Assembly: GCA_963843555.1 (NCBI GenBank)
Contig: CAWJKV010000007.1
Location: forward strand, 96,001-160,000
Length of the DNA: 64,000 bases
Source: an uncultured Methanosarcinales archaeon
GTDB taxonomy: Archaea > Halobacteriota > Methanosarcinia > Methanotrichales > Methanotrichaceae
Reading direction: 5' to 3'
A program made the translations under genes and the position numbers. A model generated the notes under the pieces. That model did no database searches. It saw nothing but the letters and a program-made list of their open reading frames with translations, and was not told where the DNA came from. Of this stretch, positions 54,901-62,690 are shown one piece after another (the first letter of the stretch is position 1; each line of letters starts with the position of its first letter).

Positions 54901-55565
54901 TAAGGCTTTACCCCAAAGTAAGTCTCGAAAGAGATAGAGCGTTTTTCTTTATTCGCCCAGTTATATGTATCATCAAAAATGGATCCCTTAATTTCAGGAA
55001 ATGCATCGAATATATTGTATCCAACAACCTCTGGGCCAGTCCGTCCCAGCAGCAACTCCGCAGCTTTATTGAAGTAGGTGATCTTCAGGTTCTCATCCAG
55101 AACAAAAAATCCATCGCTAATGCTTTGGAGAATTTCTTTATATTCCTTCTTTGCTGCATTTGCCTCGCTCTCAGCATTCTTGAGGCTGGTTATATCCAGG
55201 AGAGCAACTTGCATAGCGGTTTTTCCCTGATATTCGATAAAATTTGCCCGCACATCTAACCAGGCAGTGTCCCCATTTTTCCTGATAATTCGAAACTCCT
55301 GACGCAGGGGCAGTTTGTTGCTAGAAATGCCGTCTATCATGGCTCCAAGGATGCTATTTTGGTCATCGGGATAGATCATCGACATGAAATCATTAGCAGA
55401 AAGAGCAAGCATATCCTCCAGAGTATGCCCGGTTATATCGGCCAAGCTCCTATTAGCATAGACCAATTTTTTGTTCTGAATTATTCCCATTCCTAGGAGG
55501 GCGTTATCAATTAATTCACGACAAATTTCCTTATTAAGCTCAATATCCGGGATCTCAGAAGACAT
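51981..55565 (-). CDS. Multi-PAS sensor protein (about 9 PAS/PAC domains, no kinase or other output domain)
   Basis: Repeated PAS patterns (N.A...L.G....E..G ... DIT/DIS/EIT) over 1194 aa; no HisKA H-box or HATPase motifs. Confidence 0.9.
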   Translation of the reverse strand: MSSEIPDIELNKEICRELIDNALLGMGIIQNKKLVYANRSLADITGHTLEDMLALSANDFMSMIYPDDQNSILGAMIDGISSNKLPLRQEFRIIRKNGDTAWLDVRANFIEYQGKTAMQVALLDITSLKNAESEANAAKKEYKEILQSISDGFFVLDENLKITYFNKAAELLLGRTGPEVVGYNIFDAFPEIKGSIFDDTYNWANKEKRSISFETYFGVKPYENWYDVRVYPRENGISVYFQVIADRKKAEEQLRQSEEQYRLLFETMVQGVVYQDDNGNIISANPAAQRILGLTSGQIEGRTSNDPGWKAIHEDGSDFPGETHPAMIALATGKTVENIVMGIFNSNAMEYRWININAIPQFLPGEIKPYRVYSTFEDITGGKKSEDQLRTTLQRSYAILSSLYAGILLVTDEDRIEYANQAFCSLFDLKDAPQELVGLGSQEIIGKIKDSFLNPDEEVARIEEIVNQGQPVKGQEVSLQGGKTCLRDFIPIFIDGKSYGRLWHHMEITKLKQIDEALRESEQKFRSIVENSEDGISLIDYSGKIVEWNDSQEYITGLKREEVLGKFAWDVEFQLIPDDQKTEEDYEKIKSFLIRLTDKGRIALKGWFEDQEIQLADGTRRTIHEVLFPIKTENGFSIGVVTRDITERAEKEKSLRIKDEAIESSLNAISLANSSGDLFYANESWLRKMGYEREEIVGHSLHDFLQYPKDADKIAKQISATGRWEGELVFRKKDGSYMDVHLSISTVKDRSDRSVCIISSFVDISESKKAQKKLMESENKLKAIFDLIPIGIYVVDKECRIIEANQSFIDFTDLSLDELNRKKHWEWKCFSADGSILPNPKDTEDNLYKNFPAGKAMHEKKPTPYIEIGIEKENGEIVWANTKAVPTPISDWGALCVVIDITEQRKMEESLRIKDAAIEAAITATVIADTKGILTYVNAAALDLWGYKKDEVLGKPARVFFGDPGEIDEVIDASLKKGAWSGDIVGKKKDGSTFDIHLSANIVKDAAGKPLCLIGSSLDITDRKKMEKDLSEREERFRKIFELSPIGIQLYDSEGFIVNSNQVSEKIMSLIGTGKHKRYNIFREVIADIESKHKLEDGQIVSEGRWIKMKTAKAKDTDIDKKMPPSRAGHIYIENIIASLGEAREPEGYLCLQQDLTEHKLADEAMISDNERLQIIYNIWKTRVKTSNMRIKEW

Positions 55566-55701
55566 AAATGCCGGCCACCTTATCTCGCATATGACTTAGG
55601 ACCAACCTATATTCATAACTTTCTCTCATAAAGGATTTTGCATCAAATTCCCGTTCGATAATTGAATACTTGACTGAATAAATGAGTCGCAGATCAGCTA
55701 A

Positions 55702-55750
55702 TCATAACTTTTCATACTTTTATGACATTGCCTCAAATATGTATATAAGT
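55702..55750 (+). promoter_or_regulatory. Island regulon box plus BRE/TATA (site 9)
   Basis: TCATAACTTTTCATACTTTTATGA-N8-CAAATATGTATATAA. Confidence 0.85.
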
Positions 55751-55786
55751 AATTATTCGAATTATAGGGATAGGGGATCTATGATC

Positions 55787-56329
55787 ATGGAAGAAATTCA
55801 AATTTTATTAGTAGGATTTACCGGAGATGACTTTATAAGGAGAGTCCTTCCTGAACTTCGGGCCCTGAGCGAGAAGGGCTTTATCAATATAATCGATCTT
55901 CTCTTTGCAAAGAAAGATATTAAAGGCAATATTTTAGCCTTGAAAAAACGCGAACTAACTGCCGATGAGGCAGTGCGCTTTGGATCCATTGCCGGAACTT
56001 TAATAGGTTTAGATATATTCGATGACGAAGGTGGAACGGATACTTCCGGGATGGAACATATAGCCGTAAAAGAGAGTGATTTTGGATCCGATCTTAAGGA
56101 TATCGCAATTGTTATCGAGAAAATTCCTAAAGACAGTTCATTTGGGATAATTTTAATCGAGTACTGCCGGACTATCGAATTGAAGAAGACCTTAAACGAT
56201 GCAGGCGGAGTGTTGCTGGCCCAGGGGCTGGTATCACCTCTTGCTCTGGCAAATATTGATGCGGAAATAGCTGAATATTTGCGGGCTTCAGCCAAACGTA
56301 AAGAAACGTTAATCGCGCAAGCAAGTTGA
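55787..56329 (+). CDS. DUF6325/DUF1269-related protein
   Basis: QILLVGF.G, I.IIDLLFAKKD..G and ILIE...L...L..AGG motifs. Confidence 0.7.
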   Translation: MEEIQILLVGFTGDDFIRRVLPELRALSEKGFINIIDLLFAKKDIKGNILALKKRELTADEAVRFGSIAGTLIGLDIFDDEGGTDTSGMEHIAVKESDFGSDLKDIAIVIEKIPKDSSFGIILIEYCRTIELKKTLNDAGGVLLAQGLVSPLALANIDAEIAEYLRASAKRKETLIAQAS

Positions 56330-56454
56330 ACAACAGACCGGACCTTCATACCTAAAAACATCCTGGATGCTACCGCCTGAATGATCCTGAGAGTTGAGCA
56401 GTTATTGTAATCCAATTATCTAATTAATTCTCTAAATTTGAATGGTGATACAAA

Positions 56455-58803
56455 ATGGCGAAAAGATGGAATGGAAAGCTGGCAATAGACATTCGTGATG
56501 CTAAACCTGATTGGACCCCGTTCTTGCAGCCCCAGGCGCCGGAAGGAGCGCCCAATATCCTTATGATCGTCTGGGATGATGTAGGTTTCGGGGCTCTCGA
56601 TGTCTATGGAGGGCCTATCGAAGTGCCCAATATGCGCCGCATCTCAGATATGGGCATTCGCTACAACAACTTCCACACAACGGCTCTGTGTTCACCCACC
56701 CGATCCTGTCTGGTCACAGGCAGAAACGCTACCAGCAATAACATGGCTTGCATTACCGAAGCCACAAGTGGATTTCCGGGCTTCAGCGGCCGGATACCTT
56801 TCGAGAATGGCTTCATCTCCGAGGTGCTGAATGAGCGGGGCTGGAATACTTACGCTTTGGGCAAGTGGCATCTGACCCCTGAGGAGGAGACTGATCTATC
56901 GGCCTGGAAAGGGCGCTGGCCGCTTGGAAGAGGCTTTGAACGGTTTTATGGTTTCCTGGGCGCCGAGACTCATCAATGGTACCCGGACCTCGTCTACGAT
57001 AACCACCCTATCGACCAGCCCTATCCTCCTGAGGAGGGCTACCACCTCTCCAAAGACATTACGGACAAGGCTATAGAATTCATCATGGATGCCAAGACAA
57101 TAGCTCCGGAGAAACCCTGGTTCATGTATTTCTGCCCGGGCTGCGCTCATGCTCCGCACCATGTATTCAAAGAATGGGCTGATAAGTACAAAGGCAAGTT
57201 TGACATCGGCTATGAGAAGATCAGGGAGCAGATCCTGGCCAATCAGAAGAAGATCGGTCTCCTGCCGGAGGGCACCAGGCTTTCGCCCATCAATCCTCAT
57301 GGCGAGCCTGATGTGACAGGCCCGGAGGGCCAGCCCTGGCCTAAATTGGACTTCGTGCGCCCCTGGGAATCACTGAGTGAAGAAGAGAAGAGACTCTTCG
57401 TACGTATGGCTGAGGTCTATGCGGGATTTGTATCCTACACAGACAGTGAGATTGGACGGCTGCTTGATCATCTGGTAGAGTCTGGCCAGCTCGAAAACAC
57501 CATAATAGTAGTAGTATCCGACAATGGTGCCAGTGCCGAGGGTGGACCCAATGGTTCATTCAATGAAAACAAAATGTTTAATGGTATACCCGATTCAATT
57601 GAGGACAACCTTGAATTTATCGATGAACTGGGTAGCCCAAAGACTTACAACCACTACTGCAGCGGCTGGGCCTGGGCCTTCGATACTCCGCTACCATACT
57701 GGAAGCGTTATGCGGGTTATGAGGGTGGTTCATCCGATGTCTGTATCATCGCCTGGCCCAAAGGCATAAAGGCCCGGGGAGAGATTCGCAATCAATACAT
57801 CCATGCCATAGACATTGTTCCCACCATCTACGATATGATGGGAATCGAGCCCCCTGAAGAGATCAAGGGATACAAGCAGAGCCCAATAGAAGGAGAGAGC
57901 TTCAAAGCCAGCTTTGATAACCCAAAGGCCCCGGAGCGCGAAATCCAGTTCTATTCCATGCTCGGCCAGCGTGCCATATACCACCAGGGCTGGCTGGCGA
58001 ATACGCTACACCCCACCATATCAGGCTGGAGCAAATTTGAGAAGGACGTCTGGGAGCTCTACAATCTCAAAGAAGATCGTTCTCAAATGCGTAACCTTGC
58101 AGGTCAGAATCCGGGAATGCTCGAAAAGCTCAAAGGGCTCTGGTTCTACTACGCCGGCGTCTACAAGGGACTGCCAATCGACGATCGCAGCCCGCTTGAG
58201 ATCGTCAATACACCACGACCCCAGCCCTCCAAGCCTCGCAACCGCTACATCTACTATCCCCACACGGCTGATGTCCCTGAATCGGTTGCGGTCAATATTC
58301 GCGGCCGATCGTATACAATTGCAGCAGGAGCTCTAATAGATAAGCTCGAAGCCGAAGGGGTGCTCTTCGCCCAGGGCAGCGGCCTGGGAGGTCACAGCCT
58401 GTACATAAAGGATAGGAAGCTGCACTATGTCTACAACTGGCTCGGTGTAGACATCCAGAAGATCACGTCAGATGTGGAGATTCCAACTGGAAAGCACATC
58501 TTCTCAGCCGAGTTCCAGAAGACCGGTCAGGACCCACAAACCAGGAGTTTCCTGGGAACTCTGAACCTCTATATCGATAACAAAAAGGTCGGCGAGGCTG
58601 GGATCAAGACACAGCCCGGCAAGTTCTCAATAGCTGGCGAGGGACTTTGTGTGGGCAGGGACAGCGCTTCACCAGTCTCTCCGGACTATAAGCCGCCCTT
58701 TGCTTTCATCGGTGGAATGATCGAGAAGGTGGCAGTGGATGTAAGCGGTGAGCCATTCGTGGACCATGAAAAGGAGGTTTCGGCCTGGATCATGAAGGAC
58801 TGA
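56455..58803 (+). CDS. Arylsulfatase (Cys-type) with C-terminal LamG-like domain
   Basis: DDVGF, TALCSPTR (CxPxR), GKWHL, HAPH and SDNG motifs. Confidence 0.95.
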   Translation: MAKRWNGKLAIDIRDAKPDWTPFLQPQAPEGAPNILMIVWDDVGFGALDVYGGPIEVPNMRRISDMGIRYNNFHTTALCSPTRSCLVTGRNATSNNMACITEATSGFPGFSGRIPFENGFISEVLNERGWNTYALGKWHLTPEEETDLSAWKGRWPLGRGFERFYGFLGAETHQWYPDLVYDNHPIDQPYPPEEGYHLSKDITDKAIEFIMDAKTIAPEKPWFMYFCPGCAHAPHHVFKEWADKYKGKFDIGYEKIREQILANQKKIGLLPEGTRLSPINPHGEPDVTGPEGQPWPKLDFVRPWESLSEEEKRLFVRMAEVYAGFVSYTDSEIGRLLDHLVESGQLENTIIVVVSDNGASAEGGPNGSFNENKMFNGIPDSIEDNLEFIDELGSPKTYNHYCSGWAWAFDTPLPYWKRYAGYEGGSSDVCIIAWPKGIKARGEIRNQYIHAIDIVPTIYDMMGIEPPEEIKGYKQSPIEGESFKASFDNPKAPEREIQFYSMLGQRAIYHQGWLANTLHPTISGWSKFEKDVWELYNLKEDRSQMRNLAGQNPGMLEKLKGLWFYYAGVYKGLPIDDRSPLEIVNTPRPQPSKPRNRYIYYPHTADVPESVAVNIRGRSYTIAAGALIDKLEAEGVLFAQGSGLGGHSLYIKDRKLHYVYNWLGVDIQKITSDVEIPTGKHIFSAEFQKTGQDPQTRSFLGTLNLYIDNKKVGEAGIKTQPGKFSIAGEGLCVGRDSASPVSPDYKPPFAFIGGMIEKVAVDVSGEPFVDHEKEVSAWIMKD

Positions 58804-58891
58804 ATCGGAGAGGTTGACTCAGGGGCCAAAGGGCCATCCAGTCAATTCTTTCTCCGAGTGGATGCAGATGATTTAGAAGGGGGGAACGCAT

Positions 58892-59338
58892 ATGTCTACA
58901 GAGGTTGTAGCGACAAGTAACGCGACTGCAGGGGCTGCAGCAGCGAGCCATGAAATCGGCGTTTGGATTGAACTATCGGTACGTCTGATAGAGGCAATTT
59001 CGGTCATCGTAATCGTTCTTGCCATTCTTTATGCGACCTATATCTTCATTCGCAGGGCGACAGGCCGCAAGGGCACAAAGGACCCCATCGAGGAGTACAA
59101 AGAAAGAATTGGGAAATCCCTTCTGTTGACTCTGGAAATTCTGGTTGCCGCAGATGTGATCGAGACTGTTGCATTTTCGAAAACGATGGAGAGCGTAGTG
59201 CTATTAGGTGTGCTTGTTATAGTCAGGATTCTCCTGAGCTGGTCTATAGTTGTGGAGATGGAAGGAACCTGGCCCTGGAGGAAAAAAGAATTCGATTTAA
59301 AAGCTGAACAGAAGGCGGCTGCCTCAAAGAAGGAATAA
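58892..59338 (+). CDS. DUF1622 membrane protein
   Basis: GKSLLLTLEILVAADVIETV and EMEG.WPW motifs. Confidence 0.88.
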   Translation: MSTEVVATSNATAGAAAASHEIGVWIELSVRLIEAISVIVIVLAILYATYIFIRRATGRKGTKDPIEEYKERIGKSLLLTLEILVAADVIETVAFSKTMESVVLLGVLVIVRILLSWSIVVEMEGTWPWRKKEFDLKAEQKAAASKKE

Positions 59339-59345
59339 AATCATC

Positions 59346-59917
59346 TCAGCTATTGCCAGTGGATGCGATTAGCTGAGTCTCATTTTTTATGATAACCTCT
59401 GCGTTTTTCAGGGCGTTATAAGTCCTTATATCCAGCTTATATGGCTGAAGCTCGTATAAAAAAACCTCTGTAGGATCCCATATGGCCATCCAGATGAGAA
59501 TGGTGAGAAAACCAACAAAGACTGCAAGAAGGGTGTCACCTAAGGCATCCAATCGATAAACTGTTAGAGCCACCAACAGACAAAACGCGGAAAAAATCAG
59601 TCCAATCGTCAATGCCCGCCAGCCAGCAGCCCGTCCTATCTCAAGCTGGCGGTGGTTCTCCGATATTTTAAAATCACAATACCTGGATAAAGCATCTGCT
59701 GTCCTGTCTGGAGATCGGGCTCGATCTGCTCGCTGGGAAGGAAGATGGTTAGCCTTATCCTGTCCACCTTCCTCTTTTTTGTTCTTAGATAATTGGCCGC
59801 TTCTTCCGCCCCGGATATTTGCAGCCTCTGATAGGCAAAGGGATTCAATTCCGGGTCTACAAACAGGTGCTTAATTTCCTCTAGATGCAAATCAATATCT
59901 AAATAGGAAGTTTCCAT
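59346..59917 (-). CDS. Membrane hypothetical protein (1-nt deletion near 59705)
   Basis: ORFs 59636..59917 and 59346..59612 join through TADALSRYCDFKISEN; W.AIWDP.E.FLY motif. Confidence 0.7.
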
Positions 59918-60011
59918 GGCTGTGCACCTTTTGATCTTCTCCCGTTAAATGTGCATTTAATATAAACTTGATGCACAATCTGGATCAAGGTCTTGCAGGA
60001 GAGCTGGAGTC

Positions 60012-60058
60012 TTCATAACAATTCATATATTTATGAAGACGCCACAAATATCTATATC
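60012..60058 (+). promoter_or_regulatory. Island regulon box plus BRE/TATA (site 10, BASS-MFS)
   Basis: TTCATAACAATTCATATATTTATGA-N8-CAAATATCTATAT. Confidence 0.85.
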
Positions 60059-60138
60059 TGTTCAAAGCGAAATATATGGACCGTGGAACCGCCCGCTATT
60101 AGAGAGAATGATAGCAGGACTCGGGAGCTGAACTACCT

Positions 60139-61005
60139 ATGACTCAAATAGATCCTTTCTTGATCGCCATAGGCACTTTGGGAGTGCTGGTCTTCATCAT
60201 CACCAGCATGGTTGGTATGGGCTTCAGCCTGACAATTCCTCAAATCATGGCTCCTCTCAAGAATAGACGGCTGGTTCTGTCTTCCTTAGCGGCCAACTTC
60301 GTAATAGTACCCATCCTGGTATTATTGATCGCCCGGGTCCTCCCTCTGTCAGAGGGGCTGCAGATCGGCCTGATTCTGACAGGCATGGCGGCAGGTGCGC
60401 CTTTTCTTCCCAAGCTGGTGCAGGTGGCCAAAGGCGACATGGCCTTCACAGCAGGGCTGATGGTCCTGCTCATGGTGGCAACTGTTGTCTACTTGCCCAT
60501 AGTCCTGCCGTTTGTATTGACCGGAGTGCAGGTCAGTCCCTGGGAGATCGCCAAGAGCCTGATTTTTTTAATGTTAGTCCCGCTGGCGATAGCACTCTTC
60601 GTTCGAGCCAGATATGAAGAAGTAGCTAAGGGTCTCATACCTACCATGACCATGGCCACCAATCTATCTCTTGTGGTCTTGTTCATCGGATACTTCGTGG
60701 CTTACTTCAGCGAGATCATCGGGACGATTGGGACAGGAGGGATTCTGGCAGCCATCCTCCTCATCGTGGGAGCCGCTGCTGTGGGATTTCTGCTGGGCGG
60801 AAAGAGCATGGATACCAAGAAGGTCCTAGCCCTCGGAACCGGTCAGAGAAACTTGGCGGCTGCATTTGCTGTCGCCACCAGCAACTTCGCAACCGATCCC
60901 GAAGTCCTGGTAGAGATTATGGTGGTGTCGCTTATGGGATTGGCTATATTGATGGTCATTGCCGGACAGCTTGGCAGGCATGGCAAGGCAACTGAGGTGT
61001 CCTGA
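60139..61005 (+). CDS. Bile acid:sodium symporter (BASS/Acr3) family transporter
   Basis: ANFVIVP, AGAPFLPKL and GTGQRN motifs; about 9 TM. Confidence 0.88.
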   Translation: MTQIDPFLIAIGTLGVLVFIITSMVGMGFSLTIPQIMAPLKNRRLVLSSLAANFVIVPILVLLIARVLPLSEGLQIGLILTGMAAGAPFLPKLVQVAKGDMAFTAGLMVLLMVATVVYLPIVLPFVLTGVQVSPWEIAKSLIFLMLVPLAIALFVRARYEEVAKGLIPTMTMATNLSLVVLFIGYFVAYFSEIIGTIGTGGILAAILLIVGAAAVGFLLGGKSMDTKKVLALGTGQRNLAAAFAVATSNFATDPEVLVEIMVVSLMGLAILMVIAGQLGRHGKATEVS

Positions 61006-61070
61006 AAATTATTCTGCATCCTTTTCGAACACACTACCGATCAATATAATAAGTATGAACATGCAGTTTT

Positions 61071-62564
61071 ATGAAAGAAAATCGATTCGGGAGAGAGCCA
61101 TTTATGGAAAAAGCCGCCTATAGGGCATTGATCCTTCCGCTGGCACTTGGACAGTTCATCTGCAGCTATGCCGGCTCAAATATGAATGTGGCCATCAGTG
61201 CCATAGCCGAAGATCTGGGAACGAGCGTCAGTGGAATTCAAGTAACGATCACGCTCTTCACCTTGACCATGGCTGCCCTGATGATCCCCGGCAGCAAACT
61301 GACAGACATCTGGGGACGCAAATTCTGCTTCAGGATCGGCCTCATTATTTACGGTGTGGGGGGGCTGATAGCGGCGCTCGCATCATCCCTGGGCATCCTC
61401 ACCCTTGGCTATTCCCTGCTGGAGGGTATCGGCTCTGCATTTTTAATCCCACCCATCTATATCTTGCTCACGGTCTCTTTCCCCGACGTGAAGTCACGAG
61501 CCAAACAATTTGGTATTGTAAGTGCCGCTGCAGGAATCGGATCTGCGGCTGGACCATTGATCGGCGGTTTTGTCACAAGCGCCTGGAGCTGGCGAGCTTC
61601 TTTCATCTTACAGGTCCTGGGGGTCGCATACATTCTCTTCCTCAGCAGGCGGATTGCTGATCCCGGGATAACAGGTCCAAAGCCTCATTTCGATCTACTT
61701 GGAGCTGTCCTTTCAGCTGCCGGTCTGTTCTTTGTTGTGCTTGGCGTACTTCTATCCTCGACGTATGGGTGGTTCACGGCTGCAGAGGATTTCACAATAG
61801 GGAATACTGTCCTGATTCCAGCGGGTGGAATCTCGCCTCTTTGGGTGTCTGTTGCCATAGGCGCCGTTATCCTCCTGTTGTTCTTCTTGCACATCAGATC
61901 CAGAGAACGACATGGCAAGGAGCCCCTTGTCGCAACCCATATATTCCGGAACCGCACCTCTAACCTGGGGCTGGTGACACAAAATGTCCAATGGCTCGTC
62001 CTGCAAGGAAGCTTCTTCGTAATCTCTGTCTTCCTGCAAACGATCCGCGGATTCGACGCCATTCATACGGGCCTGATACTCACAGCGACGACTATCGGCA
62101 TACTGATCTCCTCGATGGCCGCAAGGAAGCTTGCGCTTAAGCATTCTCAAAGGAGACTCATCCGGGGTGGCTTTATTCTCACCATCCTTGGCATAGTCCT
62201 TCTGTTGTGGCTGGCAAGTGCTACCTCGCCCATCCTTAATTTCGTCCCCGGTCTCTTTTTGATGGGACTGGGCATTGGGGTCATGCTGACTTCATCGGTC
62301 AATGTCGTGCAGTCCGCCTTCCCAGAGAAAGATCAGGGTGAAATATCGGGAGTATCGCGAAGCGTTTCGAATCTGGGATCCGCGCTGGGCACTTCAATCG
62401 TCGGCTCAGTTTTGCTGATGACGTTCCTCCCGGAGACCAAGACTTTTGGTCTGGCGCTCATCGTGATGACCGTCATTGCTGGAATTGGTCTGATCGCAGC
62501 GATCCTCCTTCCCCCCGATGTTGTTCAATCTGATAAAGCCGGTAAACCTGGGGAAGCGGTTTGA
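61071..62564 (+). CDS. MFS transporter (14-TM DHA2-like)
   Basis: MNVAI, GSKLTDIWGRK and GPLIGG...SWR motifs. Confidence 0.9.
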   Translation: MKENRFGREPFMEKAAYRALILPLALGQFICSYAGSNMNVAISAIAEDLGTSVSGIQVTITLFTLTMAALMIPGSKLTDIWGRKFCFRIGLIIYGVGGLIAALASSLGILTLGYSLLEGIGSAFLIPPIYILLTVSFPDVKSRAKQFGIVSAAAGIGSAAGPLIGGFVTSAWSWRASFILQVLGVAYILFLSRRIADPGITGPKPHFDLLGAVLSAAGLFFVVLGVLLSSTYGWFTAAEDFTIGNTVLIPAGGISPLWVSVAIGAVILLLFFLHIRSRERHGKEPLVATHIFRNRTSNLGLVTQNVQWLVLQGSFFVISVFLQTIRGFDAIHTGLILTATTIGILISSMAARKLALKHSQRRLIRGGFILTILGIVLLLWLASATSPILNFVPGLFLMGLGIGVMLTSSVNVVQSAFPEKDQGEISGVSRSVSNLGSALGTSIVGSVLLMTFLPETKTFGLALIVMTVIAGIGLIAAILLPPDVVQSDKAGKPGEAV

Positions 62565-62690
62565 ATATCGTAAAGCGGCGGCTGAGGCCAGCCGCTTTCA
62601 CGAAGAGCTGCTGATAGTTCTTCAAAGCAGTGGGGAGAGGCAGATCACACAAGGATAAAAAAAGGTGATTGGACACTCTACGAATGGTTT

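Noticed and set aside
38565..60058. Dispersed motif as a MITE, attC-like site or CRISPR repeat
   Set aside because: No terminal repeats with target duplications and no regular spacing. It is always upstream of, and oriented toward, gene starts with a TATA-like element, including back-to-back at divergent genes.
61041..61077. AAGTATGAA...TTATGAA partial match before the MFS gene
   Set aside because: Half-site spacing is wrong, orientation is opposite to the gene, and there is no linked BRE/TATA.
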